Origin: Candidatus Acidiferrales bacterium
GTDB taxonomy: Bacteria > Acidobacteriota > Terriglobia > Bryobacterales > Bryobacteraceae
Assembly: GCA_035570275.1 (NCBI GenBank)
Contig: DATMNI010000373.1
Coordinates: 38,464 to 102,463, forward strand
Reading direction: 5' to 3'
DNA: 64,000 nt
The position numbers and the translations under genes were made by a program. Under the pieces are notes generated by a model. That model was not told where the DNA came from and did not search any database. It worked only from the letters and a program-made list of their open reading frames with translations. Below, in pieces: positions 54,952 to 63,376 of this stretch; the first letter of the stretch is position 1; each line of letters starts with the position of its first letter.

Positions 54952-55782
54952 CTAAATGTGTTCGTAAAAAGCATCTTTCGCTTTGCGAAATACGAAGGTT
55001 CCAAAAGCAAATGTGGCGAATGCGACAGCACCGAGTTTCAGTATGGTCGCAATGGGCGGCGCCGTAGCCTCGAGGAGAATGTTCCGCAGGCATAGGACCA
55101 ACGCCGCAACCGGGTTGAACTGGTAAAACTCGACAAATTTTCGAGGAACGGTTTCGAAGCCGTAAAAAATGGGAACCAGCCAGAACAACACTGTGTTGAT
55201 GGATTCGACGATATAGCGGATATCGCGAACGTACACGTTAAGCGCGGACGTCACGAGCGCGAGCCCGCAGACAAAAACGATCTCAAGCAACCAGAGCAGC
55301 GGCAGCCAGAGCCACTGGATATTTGCACTGCCGCCAAATGCCCAGACGCATGCCAGCAATAGGAAAATCTGAATCAACAGGTGAAGGCAGTTTGAGAGCA
55401 CAGCCGCGATGGGCACGATCTCGCGCGGTAAAGGGATCCGCTTTACCAGGCTGGCGTTATCGACGATCGAGGTGGTGCCGCTGATCCACGCAATCGTAAA
55501 AAAGTTGTACGGCACGAGCCCGCAAAGCACAAAGACCGGAAATTGCTTCTTCGGGTTGGGGAAGACCATCGTAAAAACGAAAGTCAGTACTCCCATCATA
55601 ATGAGCGGGTTCAAAAGCGACCACAGAACTCCCAGGGACATGTTCCGGTAACGGATTCGGAAGTCTTTCAGGATCAAACTTTCCAGGAGAAAAAGCAGAT
55701 CGCCGCGCCAGACTACGGCGGCGTCCGGTTGCTGGAGTGTCACCTGTCGGCCCTGGGACGGCATGAGAGTAAATTCACCCAT
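54952..55782 (-). CDS. wzm: ABC-2 type polysaccharide export permease (Wzm)
   Basis: Six TM helices and an N-terminal ..[23 protein letters not shown] signature. 3-nt spacing to wzt. Confidence 0.85.
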   Translation of the reverse strand: MGEFTLMPSQGRQVTLQQPDAAVVWRGDLLFLLESLILKDFRIRYRNMSLGVLWSLLNPLIMMGVLTFVFTMVFPNPKKQFPVFVLCGLVPYNFFTIAWISGTTSIVDNASLVKRIPLPREIVPIAAVLSNCLHLLIQIFLLLACVWAFGGSANIQWLWLPLLWLLEIVFVCGLALVTSALNVYVRDIRYIVESINTVLFWLVPIFYGFETVPRKFVEFYQFNPVAALVLCLRNILLEATAPPIATILKLGAVAFATFAFGTFVFRKAKDAFYEHI

Positions 55783-56118
55783 TACTGTAGCATGATGACG
55801 GGATGGGGACGGAGGGGGGTGGGCGGGTGCTTAACCGATTTGGGGGAGCGGACTCGTTGGGGACAGCGGCAAGTGGGGTCGACTTCAATTAAGTTCCCGA
55901 ACATTCGGCTTAAAAACATTGAAGCTGTGTAGTTTGTTTTCTAACAGGCTGCTGAAAACGGCGCCGGATGACAGGCGTCCTTTTCCGTGGTTTCCCTCAG
56001 AGGCCATTAGAGGCCATAGAACCTCCCGCGGGGCCCGTCGTAGGGGGAGTACAGGCCCCGAAACACCCTTTTTTCGCAAAGTCAAAACGCAGCTCTCCCA
56101 TGACTTATACAGACTGAC

Positions 56119-56499
56119 TGCCAGCGCGGTCAGATTCCGCATACGCACCAGATTGTGGGCGGTGGCCGTGAACGTGAAAACCTCGGCCATCAGCAGTGCT
56201 GCATCCCGCTCCGCGGTGCCGTTGCATTGCAGTAACTCTGTGTTTACCACCAGTCCGTTATGGTTTTCGATCATCACAGTGCCGCAATATGCCAGCTTCG
56301 CTGCATGGCCTCTACTTTTTCTCGCCAGGCGCGCGTCGGGGTCCGTGGTGGACTCGTGGGTGTCATTACTGCGCGCTACAAAGGTGACGATGGAATCAAG
56401 CGTTGGGTTGGTTTGGGAGTCATCGCGGACAATCTCATCAACATCGGACGGGCAATGGTCTCCGCACTTAGCCGAATTGCTCGCGGCTTGCATACTCAA
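56119..56499 (-). mobile_element. IS5/IS1182-like DDE transposase remnant with internal deletion
   Basis: THESTTDPDARLARKSRGHAAKLAYCGTVMIENHNGLVVNTELLQCNGTAERDAALLM joins directly to the family C-terminal tail FTFTATAHNLVRMRNL. The DDE core between them and the N-terminal half are missing. Confidence 0.65.
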
Positions 56500-56539
56500 C
56501 CATCCGCTTCAGCAATACTAATACCTTTAGTCGAAGCTG

Positions 56540-56576
56540 CCCCGCCGGTCGCGAAACCGGCGGGGTTTGTTCGTTT
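56540..56576 (+). terminator. Rho-independent terminator-like hairpin (orphan, plus strand)
   Basis: ccccgccggt-cgcgaa-accggcgggg (10-bp perfect stem) followed by tttgttcgttt. No plus-strand gene ends upstream of it. Confidence 0.55.
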
Positions 56577-56713
56577 CGACAGCCAGCCGAGTTGGCATCC
56601 CCCTCTATCTTCTCGCCGGGAAAACGGAATTTTGCGCCGGGGAGTAGCTAGGGTTCATAATCAGCTTGTATTGAACAATTCGCATGCGATAATAAGCTGC
56701 GCTACATGCGACA

Positions 56714-58669
56714 ATGACTGATTGTATGGCAGACGATGAGATTGCGCGGGCGCGGGAGATCCTGAAACGGGCCCAAGTGGCGGGAGGGCAGATGCCGGAA
56801 GTCGTCGGTCCCCTGTTAGTGGAGGCCCTCGGGCAAATCGCAACCGGCCTGGACAGGCTTGCGGAAGCGGAACGCAATCTGAGGGTCCAGCAGGCCTTGC
56901 TGGACGATCGCCTGCTGCGAGTGGAACGTAGCAGGGTATTCACCGTGCTCAACCGGACGGTCGCAGTTGGCTCGAGCATGTTCCGGGCGGCCAAGAGTAG
57001 GTTGCCGGCACGGTATAGACAGGAAGCACGGGACTCTGACGGATATGCGAAATGGGTAGCCAATGAGTTGGCTGGTCTGCCTTCATTCGAGCAGGCGCGC
57101 GCGGCTTCGAATAGCTGGACTCAGAGGCCCAGGATCAGCGTAATCATGGTGGCCCGAAATGGCGAAACCATGCGGGAGGTTCTGGAGTCATTGCGGGGGC
57201 AGGCATACGAAAATTGGGAAGTTTGTGCGGCTGTCAACACGGACTGCGAATCCCGAGTTTCCGAATTGTGCGGGCCGGTTCATTGTGTTTCGGGAGATGC
57301 TCTTGATGACGCTCAGGCGTTGAATAGGGCGGCCAATGTGGCCTCTGGAGAGTATCTTTCCGTCATGCAAGGAATGGGAACGCTCGCGCCGCTGGCGCTC
57401 TACTGCGTGGCCGAGGCGCTGCAGCAGGACACGTTTGACGTGCTTTACGCCGATGAAGATTCGCTCGATAAGGAACGGCGCCGCGTGCGGCCCATATTCA
57501 AGCCAGATTGGTCCCCCGATTTGCTCACGTCCTGCATGTATATGGGGCATCTGCTCACGATCCGGCGGGAGCGTTTCCTGCAATCCGGAGGCTTATCCAG
57601 CGACTACGGCGACGCGCACCTGCTCGATCTCGTGTTGCGCCTTGCCGATGAGCCCTTGCGCGTCTGTCACATTCCAAGAGTGCTGTACCACCGCCTTCCG
57701 CCCTCGCCTGATCGGCCAGCGGCGGATGCCGCCGCACAAGCGGTTGGGGATGCAGTCATGAGGAGAGAGCAGACAGACTCCACCTGCGTGCCCGGCCCCG
57801 GTGCCGGTACGTTCGTTTTCCGGCGGAAGCGCTCGCCCGGGGAACTTACTGCCATCATCTGCTCGAAGTCGCCGGACCTGCTGGAAACCTGCCTGGCATC
57901 TCTGCGCGCGAGGGCGGACCTGGTGCTGCGGCAGATCGTAGTGGTCGCCCATGAAGAGTGCGGACCGAATCCGTCCTTGCAGTCCGTAATCAAACGCGCG
58001 GGAGCGACCGGCCTGACGTTCCGCGGCGCCTTTAACTTCGCCGCGATGAACAATCTCGGCGCCGGTATTGCGGAAACACCCGGCCTGCTGTTTCTAAACG
58101 ACGACGTTCGCGCCACCGCGCCAGAATGGGCGGAGCTGTTGGCCGAGCAAGTGTCCCGTGAAGAGGTGGGAGTGGCGGGGGCCGTCCTGTGGTATCCCTC
58201 GGGGGTACTGCAGCACGCGGGCATTGTGGCGGGAGTTGGCGACGGGGTTGGTCATGTCGGGCGCTACATGCAATCGAGCGAGCTTTGGCCGTGGCTGCTC
58301 GCCACCCGGAATGTCTCGGCAGTGACCGGCGCTTGCCTGGCGATCCGCAAGAACCTTTTCGGCCGGTTGGGCGGGTTCGACACCCTATTTCCGAACAACT
58401 ACAATGATGTGGATCTCTGTTTCCGCGTGCGTTCCCATGGATACCGGGTGATCTGCGTTCCGGTTCCCGGCCTCATTCACGCCGAATGCCAGAGCCGCCC
58501 GGGAATCGTCCGATTTGAAGAGCGATACCGGTTCTACGAGCGCTGGGCGGATTTGCTGCGCAGCCCTGATCCGTATTACTCGCCGGCGTTGGCTCCCACC
58601 GAGAAGATTGCGTTGAATCTGAACAATGATCGCTGGTATAGGTCCTTGCTTGCGTCCAGTCAGAGCTAG
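56714..58669 (+). CDS. Dual-GT2 glycosyltransferase with N-terminal coiled coil
   Basis: The N-terminal 90 aa is coiled coil (LDRLAEAERNLRVQQALLDDRLLRVER). First GT2: ISVIMVARN...ADEDS. Second GT2: AIICSKS...LNDDV...GACLAIRK..F...GGFD. The paralog alignment suggests the true start may be the ATG at 56726. Confidence 0.8.
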   Translation: MTDCMADDEIARAREILKRAQVAGGQMPEVVGPLLVEALGQIATGLDRLAEAERNLRVQQALLDDRLLRVERSRVFTVLNRTVAVGSSMFRAAKSRLPARYRQEARDSDGYAKWVANELAGLPSFEQARAASNSWTQRPRISVIMVARNGETMREVLESLRGQAYENWEVCAAVNTDCESRVSELCGPVHCVSGDALDDAQALNRAANVASGEYLSVMQGMGTLAPLALYCVAEALQQDTFDVLYADEDSLDKERRRVRPIFKPDWSPDLLTSCMYMGHLLTIRRERFLQSGGLSSDYGDAHLLDLVLRLADEPLRVCHIPRVLYHRLPPSPDRPAADAAAQAVGDAVMRREQTDSTCVPGPGAGTFVFRRKRSPGELTAIICSKSPDLLETCLASLRARADLVLRQIVVVAHEECGPNPSLQSVIKRAGATGLTFRGAFNFAAMNNLGAGIAETPGLLFLNDDVRATAPEWAELLAEQVSREEVGVAGAVLWYPSGVLQHAGIVAGVGDGVGHVGRYMQSSELWPWLLATRNVSAVTGACLAIRKNLFGRLGGFDTLFPNNYNDVDLCFRVRSHGYRVICVPVPGLIHAECQSRPGIVRFEERYRFYERWADLLRSPDPYYSPALAPTEKIALNLNNDRWYRSLLASSQS

Positions 58670-58678
58670 TGTAGCGCG

Positions 58679-58984
58679 TCACAAGTCCTGTAACGTGGTT
58701 CCCAAAAAGATTTCTCTGGACAACGGGTCAAATGCGACTTCCGGTTCGACCGTCCTGAGCCATTCCGCATAACCCGTGGGTTCGCGCCCGGGCGCATAGA
58801 CCTTGTAAGATTTGTAGATCACTCGCTCCGGGATGCCGTAGTAGGCTGCCTTATCAATGTGAGCCGGCGAGAATTCCGGTTTCGCCAATGGTAGCTCCAA
58901 TGTCTCGACAGCGGATTTCTCCCAGGTTCGTGGGATATCCGTCGCCAATGCCGGCAGTGCCAGGAGCGCCACGAGAATTCTCAT
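58679..58984 (-). CDS. Secreted hypothetical protein (101 aa), probably an N-terminal fragment of a larger conserved family
   Basis: Signal peptide, then the pattern Y..P.R.IYKSY.VY.PGREP.GY.EWL......E..FD. I recognise this as the N-terminus of much longer acidobacterial/planctomycete secreted (cytochrome-c-like) proteins. The ORF stops about 20 codons later. Confidence 0.45.
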   Translation of the reverse strand: MRILVALLALPALATDIPRTWEKSAVETLELPLAKPEFSPAHIDKAAYYGIPERVIYKSYKVYAPGREPTGYAEWLRTVEPEVAFDPLSREIFLGTTLQDL

Positions 58985-59115
58985 AGGAGTGACTCAGGAT
59001 ATCAGATATCGCGCTATACTCACGGCAGATGAAGAAGTTCGGCTATATGATCGAGGTGAAACCCGTTGCTCCGGCCACCAATTAACCAAGCCCGAGACGG
59101 ACGTTTTCGAGAGAG

Positions 59116-59227
59116 CGGCGGATTGCTAATCCGTCGACCGCTGGACCGGGCAAAATGATCGGGCGTGCACCGACAGCTCGAGGCAGGCGGATTGCCAATC
59201 CCCCGCAGGTTACCAACCTGCCCCCCA
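59116..59227. repeat. REP-like repeat copies (one single-hairpin, one double-hairpin)
   Basis: 59116..59134 is ggcggattgctaatccgtc. 59186..59226 is ggcggattgccaatcccccgcaggttaccaacctgcccccc. Confidence 0.65.
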
Positions 59228-59245
59228 AACAACTGCCCCACAATA

Positions 59246-60241
59246 CTACTCGACTATCTTTGGTTTAATCACCGCCACGCCGATCTCCTGCAGTTCCTGC
59301 GTGAGCTTGGCGAACATCTCCTCGTCAGTGTAAGTCCCTACAATCGCTCCGCCGGAGCCCGCGAATGTCGCGGCCGCACCCGCTTTGCGGGCGGCATGAA
59401 CCATTTCCAGGTTGCCCTGGTCGATTTGATAAAGGCCGGCGCGCAGATCGAAGTTGGCATTGATCAATTCGTCCAGCCTGCCGTATCGGCGTTGCAGCAG
59501 GCAATCGCGGCCTTCGGCGGCGTATCCGGCCCACGTCTCCATGGCGCGTATAACCTCCGGATCTCCGCGCCGCCAGCGCTCCCGCAGGTTGTTGTGGAAC
59601 ACTTCGGTGCCTTCGCTCAGTGACGTGCGATAAGCCACATACATGTTCGGCAGTAGAGCCGGATCCATGCGCTCATACTCGCCGTAACCCCGCGACTCCA
59701 TCAGGTGGCGCGAGAAATCCATGTAGACCATGCCCTGATATGCCTGGATCACGCGGTCCTGGAGACCGGCCGGCATATCCAACTCGCGCGTCTCTGTCTC
59801 CAGAACCAGGTTGGCTTGAATGGGAAGAGGGATTGCCAGGCCGTAGTATTCGCACAAAGCACGCAGCGCGGCCGTGATGATGGCGCTCGATCCGCCCAGA
59901 CCGAGCCGCTGGGGAACGTTTGACTCATATTCGAGCGTGAAATTGCGATCGGGCAACGCAAAGCCTTGTTGCCGGCAATACTCGATCAGCCTCACGATCA
60001 GGGCCTGGATGATTCGGATACCGCCGTAGTAACCGCGCCAGCGGGTGGTGCGGTAAAGGTCATCCAGGTTTTCAAAAACCGGTAAATCGGCCTTCGAAAG
60101 CTTGATTTCCAAACGGCCGCTGGGATATACCAGAGCGCGAGCCCGGAAGTTGGACATGGCAAACGAAAGTGTCTTGCCGAAGTACCCGTCACTTGGATTT
60201 CCCAAGAAACCGGCGCGTGCGTAACCGTAAGTCTCAATCAT
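59246..60241 (-). CDS. GHMP kinase, glucuronokinase-like
   Basis: Near full-length resemblance, from memory, to plant glucuronokinase: ARAGFLGNPSDGYFGKT.SF...NF, YYGG.R, GLGGSSAII.AAL, AGLQDRV.Q.Y.G.V.MDF, NFD.R, F.GSGGA.VG. Confidence 0.75.
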   Translation of the reverse strand: MIETYGYARAGFLGNPSDGYFGKTLSFAMSNFRARALVYPSGRLEIKLSKADLPVFENLDDLYRTTRWRGYYGGIRIIQALIVRLIEYCRQQGFALPDRNFTLEYESNVPQRLGLGGSSAIITAALRALCEYYGLAIPLPIQANLVLETETRELDMPAGLQDRVIQAYQGMVYMDFSRHLMESRGYGEYERMDPALLPNMYVAYRTSLSEGTEVFHNNLRERWRRGDPEVIRAMETWAGYAAEGRDCLLQRRYGRLDELINANFDLRAGLYQIDQGNLEMVHAARKAGAAATFAGSGGAIVGTYTDEEMFAKLTQELQEIGVAVIKPKIVE

Positions 60242-60270
60242 TTTCTGGTTCGATCGCGTCTCTTAGTCGA

Positions 60271-60744
60271 TCAACTTCTTTGGCCGATCACCTTCTTTAG
60301 CCGATCATCGGAGTCCATCATAATAGTAACAGGACCCCGGTTAGTTAGACGGACATCCATCGACGCCTGAAAGACTCCGGTTTCCACGGGCACCGATCCC
60401 CGGCGGGCGGCTTGAACAAAGTACTCATAAAGCTGTTGGGCCAGTTCGGGCGGCGCTGCCCGGTCGAAACTGGGGCGGCGTCCCTTGCGGCAATCTCCGT
60501 ACAACGTGAATTGCGACACAATCAAGAGCGCTCCATTCGCCTCCTGCACGTTTCGGTTCATTTTGCCGCCATCGTCCGCGAAAATTCTGAGTCCGAGGAC
60601 CTTTTCGACCAGATAGTCTGCGTCAGCGGTGGTGTCGCCTTTTGCCACCCCCAGTAGTATAAGCAACCCGGCACGTATAGATCCAGCGGTAGATCCGTTG
60701 GCTACCACGCTGGCTTCGCTTACTCTTTGGATGACAAGCCTCAT
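60271..60744 (-). CDS. dtd: D-aminoacyl-tRNA deacylase
   Basis: MRLVIQRV...LLILLGV..GD...D..YL..K...LRIF.D...KMN....E..G.LL.VSQFTL..D..KG.RPSF signature. Confidence 0.9.
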   Translation of the reverse strand: MRLVIQRVSEASVVANGSTAGSIRAGLLILLGVAKGDTTADADYLVEKVLGLRIFADDGGKMNRNVQEANGALLIVSQFTLYGDCRKGRRPSFDRAAPPELAQQLYEYFVQAARRGSVPVETGVFQASMDVRLTNRGPVTIMMDSDDRLKKVIGQRS

Positions 60745-61276
60745 ATTAGTTAAGTTCTATCATAAATGTGAAATTCTGGTAAAACAGAGACTAAAATATA
60801 ACGACTTGCGCCGGTTATGAATTCGAAAAACAGAGAATCGACGAAAAGATCCGAGAGATTCATTCGCTCCTCGGCGGATAGCGGACCAAGCCTGGTGTCG
60901 CCAATAGTGCCGGCACCGTTGCCGCCACCAAGGTATCGGCCAAACCGCGCGCCAGGCGCCAATTGAGCGCCGCAGCCCGGAAGCGCATCGCCGCTGCCCA
61001 GCGCAAACGTTGGAACGAGTATCGTAAGAACAAACCTTGAGCCAGCTAAGAGTAGCCTCACGGTGATCAACACGGTTGGGGGTCAGCGATTCGACTTAGC
61101 CGGTTCCAAGGCAAAGTTCCAACGGAAGCGAGTCACGGGTTGCTCAGTGGTCGGTCCGATGGTTCCATTTTGGAAGAAAACGGCCCAGGTGCGGATCGAC
61201 CGGGCGAGCGGGATATCGTGAGTCAACAGGATCTTGGCTTGCGGTAACGGTATGTACACGGGGTTTTCCACGGTAG

Positions 61277-61296
61277 CACGATTGCCTATAATCGTG
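61277..61296. promoter_or_regulatory. Candidate nikR promoter/operator: 7-bp inverted repeat CACGATT-N6-AATCGTG that overlaps a TATAAT hexamer
   Basis: cacgattgcctataatcgtg lies 57-76 nt upstream of the nikR ATG. TATAAT (61287..61292) spans the spacer and the first two bases of the right arm. Confidence 0.35.
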
Positions 61297-61352
61297 GCAC
61301 GCGATGTTGTCCGCGAGTGTTACCAATGTGGCAAGTGCTAATATGTGTACGC

Positions 61353-61772
61353 ATGAGCGGGCTCAGCCGGATTGGCGTCGCCATCGATTCCGACCTTCTG
61401 GACAAGTTCGACCACTTGATCGGCCAGCGCGGATACACCAATCGTTCGGAGGCATTCAGAGATCTGATTCGCGACGAGTTGGTGGAGAAGACCTGGGAGT
61501 CACCCGACAGCCATGTGGTCGGCACCGTAACCCTGGTCTACGATCACCACGTCCGGCTGCTGAATGAGAAGCTGACCGGGATTCAGCATGAGTTCCACCA
61601 TTCGATACTCTCCACTCTTCACGTTCACCTGGATCACGACAATTGCCTGGAGGTGCTGGTGGTCCGCGGCAAGTCCTCCGTGGTCCGGAAGGTCGCCGAC
61701 GTTTTGATTAGCACCAAGGGCGTGAAGCACGGCCGGCTGACGATTACGACTTCGGGGGTGGAATTGAAATGA
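61353..61772 (+). CDS. nikR: Nickel-responsive regulator NikR (ribbon-helix-helix + ACT-like metal-binding domain)
   Basis: ATG at 61353. RIGV.ID..LL..FD.LI...GY.NRSEA.RDLIR. High-affinity-site His/Cys pattern HEFHH...[13 protein letters not shown]. Confidence 0.85.
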   Translation: MSGLSRIGVAIDSDLLDKFDHLIGQRGYTNRSEAFRDLIRDELVEKTWESPDSHVVGTVTLVYDHHVRLLNEKLTGIQHEFHHSILSTLHVHLDHDNCLEVLVVRGKSSVVRKVADVLISTKGVKHGRLTITTSGVELK

Positions 61773-62146
61773 TCGTCGGGACAGGCGTCGATTTGGCCGA
61801 AGTGCGGCGCATCAAGGCCTCGATTGAGCGTTTTGGAGCCAGGTTTATCGATCGCATTTACACACCCGCCGAGATCGCCTACGTGGAGAGCAAAGCCAAC
61901 AAGTACGAGCGCTACGCCGCCCGCTTCGCCGCCAAAGAAGCCGGTATGAAGGCCATCGGCACCGGCTGGCGCCACGGCGTCACCTGGCGGGACTTCGAGG
62001 TCACCAACCTGCCATCCGGAAAGCCCACGCTGCAATTCCACGGAGTGGCTGCGCAGATTGCCGACAGGCTGGGTGTGAGGAATGTGGCCTTGTCACTCAC
62101 CCACACGTCGGAAATGGGAATGGCCCACGTGATTCTGGAGAGCTAG
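61769..62146 (+). CDS. acpS: Holo-[acyl-carrier-protein] synthase
   Basis: [29 protein letters not shown]. 4-nt overlap with nikR. Confidence 0.9.
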   Translation: MIVGTGVDLAEVRRIKASIERFGARFIDRIYTPAEIAYVESKANKYERYAARFAAKEAGMKAIGTGWRHGVTWRDFEVTNLPSGKPTLQFHGVAAQIADRLGVRNVALSLTHTSEMGMAHVILES

Positions 62147-62575
62147 AATGCGGCTGCGCTCCGCGGCCCCGGCCGGAATCGATGCCGCCAGCACTGCCGC
62201 CAAGCCCACCACCAGGTTGGAAGAGCGCCTGCGGCCGGTGATCGTTCCTGGACCCATGAACCCGCGGCTCGGTACCAATCAGTACCAAAACTCACCCGTT
62301 CGGATGTGTTCCCTACTGGAACATCAGAGGCGTTGGCTAAGTAGCTCCCGCCCGTTAGCCGCCGGGACTAACTAACGGTAGCCGCCGGGCGACGCTGCCC
62401 TCCGCCAATCTTTCACTTATTGGCACTCAATGGCACCCATTGGTTTGTTTGTAAATTATTGAATACAAACAGGTTAACTGCATGTCTGCGATTTGGGCGC
62501 CAGCGATCCGGGCGGAAACCCAGTGCGTCCACGCAGGCTCCCGCGGTCTAAGGCGAACAATGTTAGCCTGAATAC

Positions 62576-63352
62576 ATGCGTGTATTCCCCGTCCTTCTTC
62601 TGCTTCCCGCCTTATTGATGGCGCAGACACCGCCGCCCAAGCCCGCCGCGGCCGCGAAGCCTGCTGCCACGCCTGGGGCCAAACCTCCCGCCGCTGCCAA
62701 GCCGGCGGCTGCCAAACCGGCGCCAGCCAAACCCGTCGCGCCCCCGCCGCTGACCACCGACGATCAAAAAACTGTCTACGCGGTGGGCCTCTCCATGTAC
62801 CGCCAGTTGTCTCAACTGGACCTGTCGCCCGCGGAACTTGAAATCGTCAAGCGCGCGCTGTCGGATGCCGTCGCCAACAAACCGGCCGTCGAATTGACGG
62901 AATGGGGACCCAAGATTCAGCCCTTCGCCGTCGCCCGCGGCGCCCGCGTAGCCGAACGGGAAAAGGCGGTTTCCGCCACTTATCTCGCCAAGGCCGCCGC
63001 CGAACCCGGCGCCGCCAAGATGGAGTCGGGTTTGATCTATCGGGAATTGCAGCCCGGCACCGGCGACTCCCCGAAAGCCACCGACACGGTGAAAGTGAAC
63101 TACCGCGGCACGCTGGTTAACGGCACCGAATTCGATAGTTCGTACAAACGCAATCAGCCGGCGGAATTCCAGCTCAACGGCGTGATCAAGTGCTGGACCG
63201 AAGGCGTGCAGAAGATGAAAAGCGGGGGCAAATCGGTCCTGATCTGCCCGTCCGACCTGGCATACGGCGACCAGGGCCGCCCTTCGATTCCCGGCGGGTC
63301 CACGTTGATTTTCGAGATCGAGCTGCTGGAGATTAAAGGCGCGGGCAAGTAA
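62576..63352 (+). CDS. FKBP-type peptidyl-prolyl cis-trans isomerase (FkpA-like, secreted)
   Basis: Signal peptide, Pro/Ala/Lys-rich linker, N-terminal dimerisation domain and an FKBP core V.V.Y.G.L.NG.EFDSSY.R..P..F.L..VI..W.EG...M..G......P..LAYG. Confidence 0.85.
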   Translation: MRVFPVLLLLPALLMAQTPPPKPAAAAKPAATPGAKPPAAAKPAAAKPAPAKPVAPPPLTTDDQKTVYAVGLSMYRQLSQLDLSPAELEIVKRALSDAVANKPAVELTEWGPKIQPFAVARGARVAEREKAVSATYLAKAAAEPGAAKMESGLIYRELQPGTGDSPKATDTVKVNYRGTLVNGTEFDSSYKRNQPAEFQLNGVIKCWTEGVQKMKSGGKSVLICPSDLAYGDQGRPSIPGGSTLIFEIELLEIKGAGK

Positions 63353-63376
63353 GCCAACCGCTGCGATTTCTATCCG

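Noticed and set aside
60750-61073. Minus-strand ORF of 107 aa between dtd and nikR.
   Set aside because: The composition and sequence look non-protein-like. The opposite strand carries a more protein-like tail (see finding at 60817..61040).
61083-61326. Small minus-strand ORFs 61083..61271 (62 aa, ..AKILLTHDIPLARSI..) and 61144..61326 upstream of nikR.
   Set aside because: They have no recognisable domain, no clear RBS and mediocre codon bias. They may be a gene fragment, but I cannot support a call.
62421-62440. Two TGGCAC hexamers 10 nt apart (tggcactcaatggcacccattgg) as a sigma-54 promoter upstream of the FKBP gene.
   Set aside because: The -12 element TTGC(A/T) is missing at the required N5 spacing from either TGGCAC.
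62147-62575. The 430-bp gene-free stretch with hairpins (ccgttag..ctaacgg at about 62352..62378; tgtttgta..tacaaaca at about 62445..62470), screened for tRNA, tmRNA, SRP, 6S or RNase P RNA.
   Set aside because: There is no T-loop (GGTTCGAxTCC), no CCA-acceptor pairing and no SRP or tmRNA signature visible by eye. A small RNA cannot be excluded without a covariance-model scan.
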